DNA of 63,996 bases, counting the filler, from a bacterium (GTDB lineage Bacteria > UBA9089 > CG2-30-40-21 > SBAY01): NCBI GenBank assembly GCA_040757115.1. It is 12 parts of 12 records of this genome, joined end to end, with 100 filler letters (N's around TTAATTAATTAA, not from the genome) between each part and the next. Parts side by side here need not be neighbours in the genome. Positions count along the whole stretch, not along the records: positions 61,847 to 63,996 come from JBFLYA010000393.1; 11 more parts are not named here. One strand, 5' to 3'. Positions 62,194 through 63,996 of this stretch are shown piece by piece. Position numbers and translations under genes: made by a program. Numbering within the stretch: the first letter of the stretch is position 1; every line of letters begins with the position of its first letter. A model generated the notes under the pieces. That model was not told the DNA's origin. It was given only the letters and a program-made list of their open reading frames with translations, and searched no databases.

Positions 62194-63765
62194 TCAAATT
62201 GTTAAAGGAGCCCCATCTTTACATATTATTAAATTCCTATCAGTAAATAGATGCGTAACTTCTCTACGTATTATTTTACCACTAATAGTTTTGGGCAAGG
62301 AATCGAATATTTTAATTTGAGCTGGAATCATGTAATATGGTATATGTTTTTTGCAGAGTTCTATAATTTCTTTAATTAGCCGTTGTTCAACAACATGATT
62401 ATTGGGAACAACAGCTGCCACAATAATAAAATCCTGGGTACCATCACTAATACTGGTAACTGAAACTTCCTTAACATTCTCATGTTTAGCAATAATCTTT
62501 TCAATCTCAACAGGACTTATTTTATTCCCTCCAATTATTAGAAACTCGGATTTGCGGGATACAAAATACACATAGCCATCTTCGTCCATTTTAACGATAT
62601 CCTGGGTATGCATCCATCCATCCCGAAACATAATTGCATTCTCAGAAGAATTGTTATAATAACCACGTACCATCATACCTCGTTCTTTGTAACTGTCCTT
62701 TACAATCAATTCTCCGGGCTCATTGGCTTTACAGAGCTCACCATTATCATTAATAATTTTAAAATCAATACCAGGTAAAATATTCCCCATCGAATTTATT
62801 TTTGTTTTATTTTTATTAAATGTAATATAACCTACTTCTGTAAGACCATACACTTGGTTAATGTACACATCATATTTGCTTTTAAATTTTTCTATTATTG
62901 CTTCATCTAAAGGAGATCCGCCACAAATATAATAGCGTAGAGAGGATAAGTCAATTTTAGTCTTTAGATTAACAGAATTGAATAATTCGCATAGAAAAGG
63001 TAAGGATGCATAAAATGTAATTTTTTCCGTAGATAATATATTGAGGATTTTTCTAGGATTCAAGGTAGTCGTATTTTCTAGATATAGTGTAGCGCCCACG
63101 AATAAAGTTGTAAAGGATAGATCAAGAATACCTAGGCTGTGTGCAAAAACAACTGTACATAGTATTTTATCGGCAGGATTTATTTCAAATATATTAATCA
63201 TATTCCATACTTGATTTATAAGTATATCCTGTGAAAAAATAATTTTCTTGGCAGACCCTGTGGAACCAGAGGAAAAAATAATAGTAAAATCTTCCTTTAA
63301 AAATTCATTTGGAGTATAGATATAATTTTCATTTTTTATCCAATGAGTTTGAGCCCAAAAAGGAATTTCAATTGTTTTTAGTTTGGATGTTGGAAATGCT
63401 TCTTGTATTACAGAAACCAAAATAGCACTGAGCTGTTTTGAACAGGCCACTATTTTCGGATTGAATTCCTTAATAATATTATGGTAGTTGTCTTTTGACA
63501 ACCTAACATCGATAGGAATGATCCGAATATTGCTTAAAGAGGCAGATATATAATGTGCAAGATAATCAACGGAATTTTCAAAGCAAATACATATAATATC
63601 ATTTTCTACCACACCATGAATTGATAATGCGTCGGCTAAATCCTGAATAATCTTGTTTAGTTCACAATAAGTAACCTCAATGTCCGGAGTGATAATTGCC
63701 TTTTTATGAAAATCCAGATTTTTATTTTTGAATATTTCTTTATAAATTGTGCGTCCTATTGCCAT
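62194..63765 (-). CDS. Class I adenylate-forming enzyme (acyl-CoA/acyl-AMP ligase)
   Basis: FSSGSTGSAK, YGLTE, HTQD, IGGNKISPVEIE and LPKTISGKI. Confidence 0.9.
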   Translation of the reverse strand: MAIGRTIYKEIFKNKNLDFHKKAIITPDIEVTYCELNKIIQDLADALSIHGVVENDIICICFENSVDYLAHYISASLSNIRIIPIDVRLSKDNYHNIIKEFNPKIVACSKQLSAILVSVIQEAFPTSKLKTIEIPFWAQTHWIKNENYIYTPNEFLKEDFTIIFSSGSTGSAKKIIFSQDILINQVWNMINIFEINPADKILCTVVFAHSLGILDLSFTTLFVGATLYLENTTTLNPRKILNILSTEKITFYASLPFLCELFNSVNLKTKIDLSSLRYYICGGSPLDEAIIEKFKSKYDVYINQVYGLTEVGYITFNKNKTKINSMGNILPGIDFKIINDNGELCKANEPGELIVKDSYKERGMMVRGYYNNSSENAIMFRDGWMHTQDIVKMDEDGYVYFVSRKSEFLIIGGNKISPVEIEKIIAKHENVKEVSVTSISDGTQDFIIVAAVVPNNHVVEQRLIKEIIELCKKHIPYYMIPAQIKIFDSLPKTISGKIIRREVTHLFTDRNLIICKDGAPLTI

Positions 63766-63996
63766 AATATTATCCTTTATAAAATGCTCTATAGTTTCGT
63801 CATTTTTTACTAAAAATTAAAGAAAATCTCTTCTCCTGCCGATTTAAAGATAATAGGAAAATAAATCTCTAAAAGATGTGCGGTATAATGTCAAGTAAAA
63901 AAAGACAGACTATCCCCCAGCAAGATATAACTAAATTTAAAAAAACTAAAATTTGAGATAAATCTTGTTAACATAATCTGCTCTTTGATAATTTAT

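Overview
AT-rich bacterial draft genome, probably a MAG from a diderm organism given its outer-membrane beta-barrels and LolA-like proteins. Contigs are joined by artificial 100-nt N/TTAATTAATTAA/N linkers: one contig of more than 25.8 kb (1-25869), ten short contigs of about 3.4-3.6 kb in decreasing size, and the start of another. Adjacency across linkers is therefore not biological. The main find is a ~20-kb, partly decayed biosynthetic gene cluster (about 5176-25747). It encodes an AraC response regulator, an MMPL/LolA-like/beta-barrel export triad, a cupin, a PP-loop adenylating enzyme, a PhpK-like B12 radical SAM enzyme, a SAM methyltransferase, a KASIII-like enzyme, a BacA-like prephenate decarboxylase, a stand-alone A domain, a HemN-like radical SAM enzyme, a CarA/beta-lactam-synthetase-like enzyme, a PvcA/isonitrile-synthase-like protein and a two-subunit phosphono/sulfopyruvate decarboxylase split by IS66. 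I do not recognise this combination as a known cluster. The rest holds housekeeping genes (fmt, nadC, yhaM, mtnP, pabB, folD, rpsA), tRNA-Thr/Tyr/Phe, a two-cassette attC array without an integrase, many IS remnants, a candidate sRNA, a possible group II intron 5' end, and many nested MITE-like repeats carrying four-helix-bundle and GxxExxY gene fragments. All family assignments come from motif recognition by eye, not from database searches.
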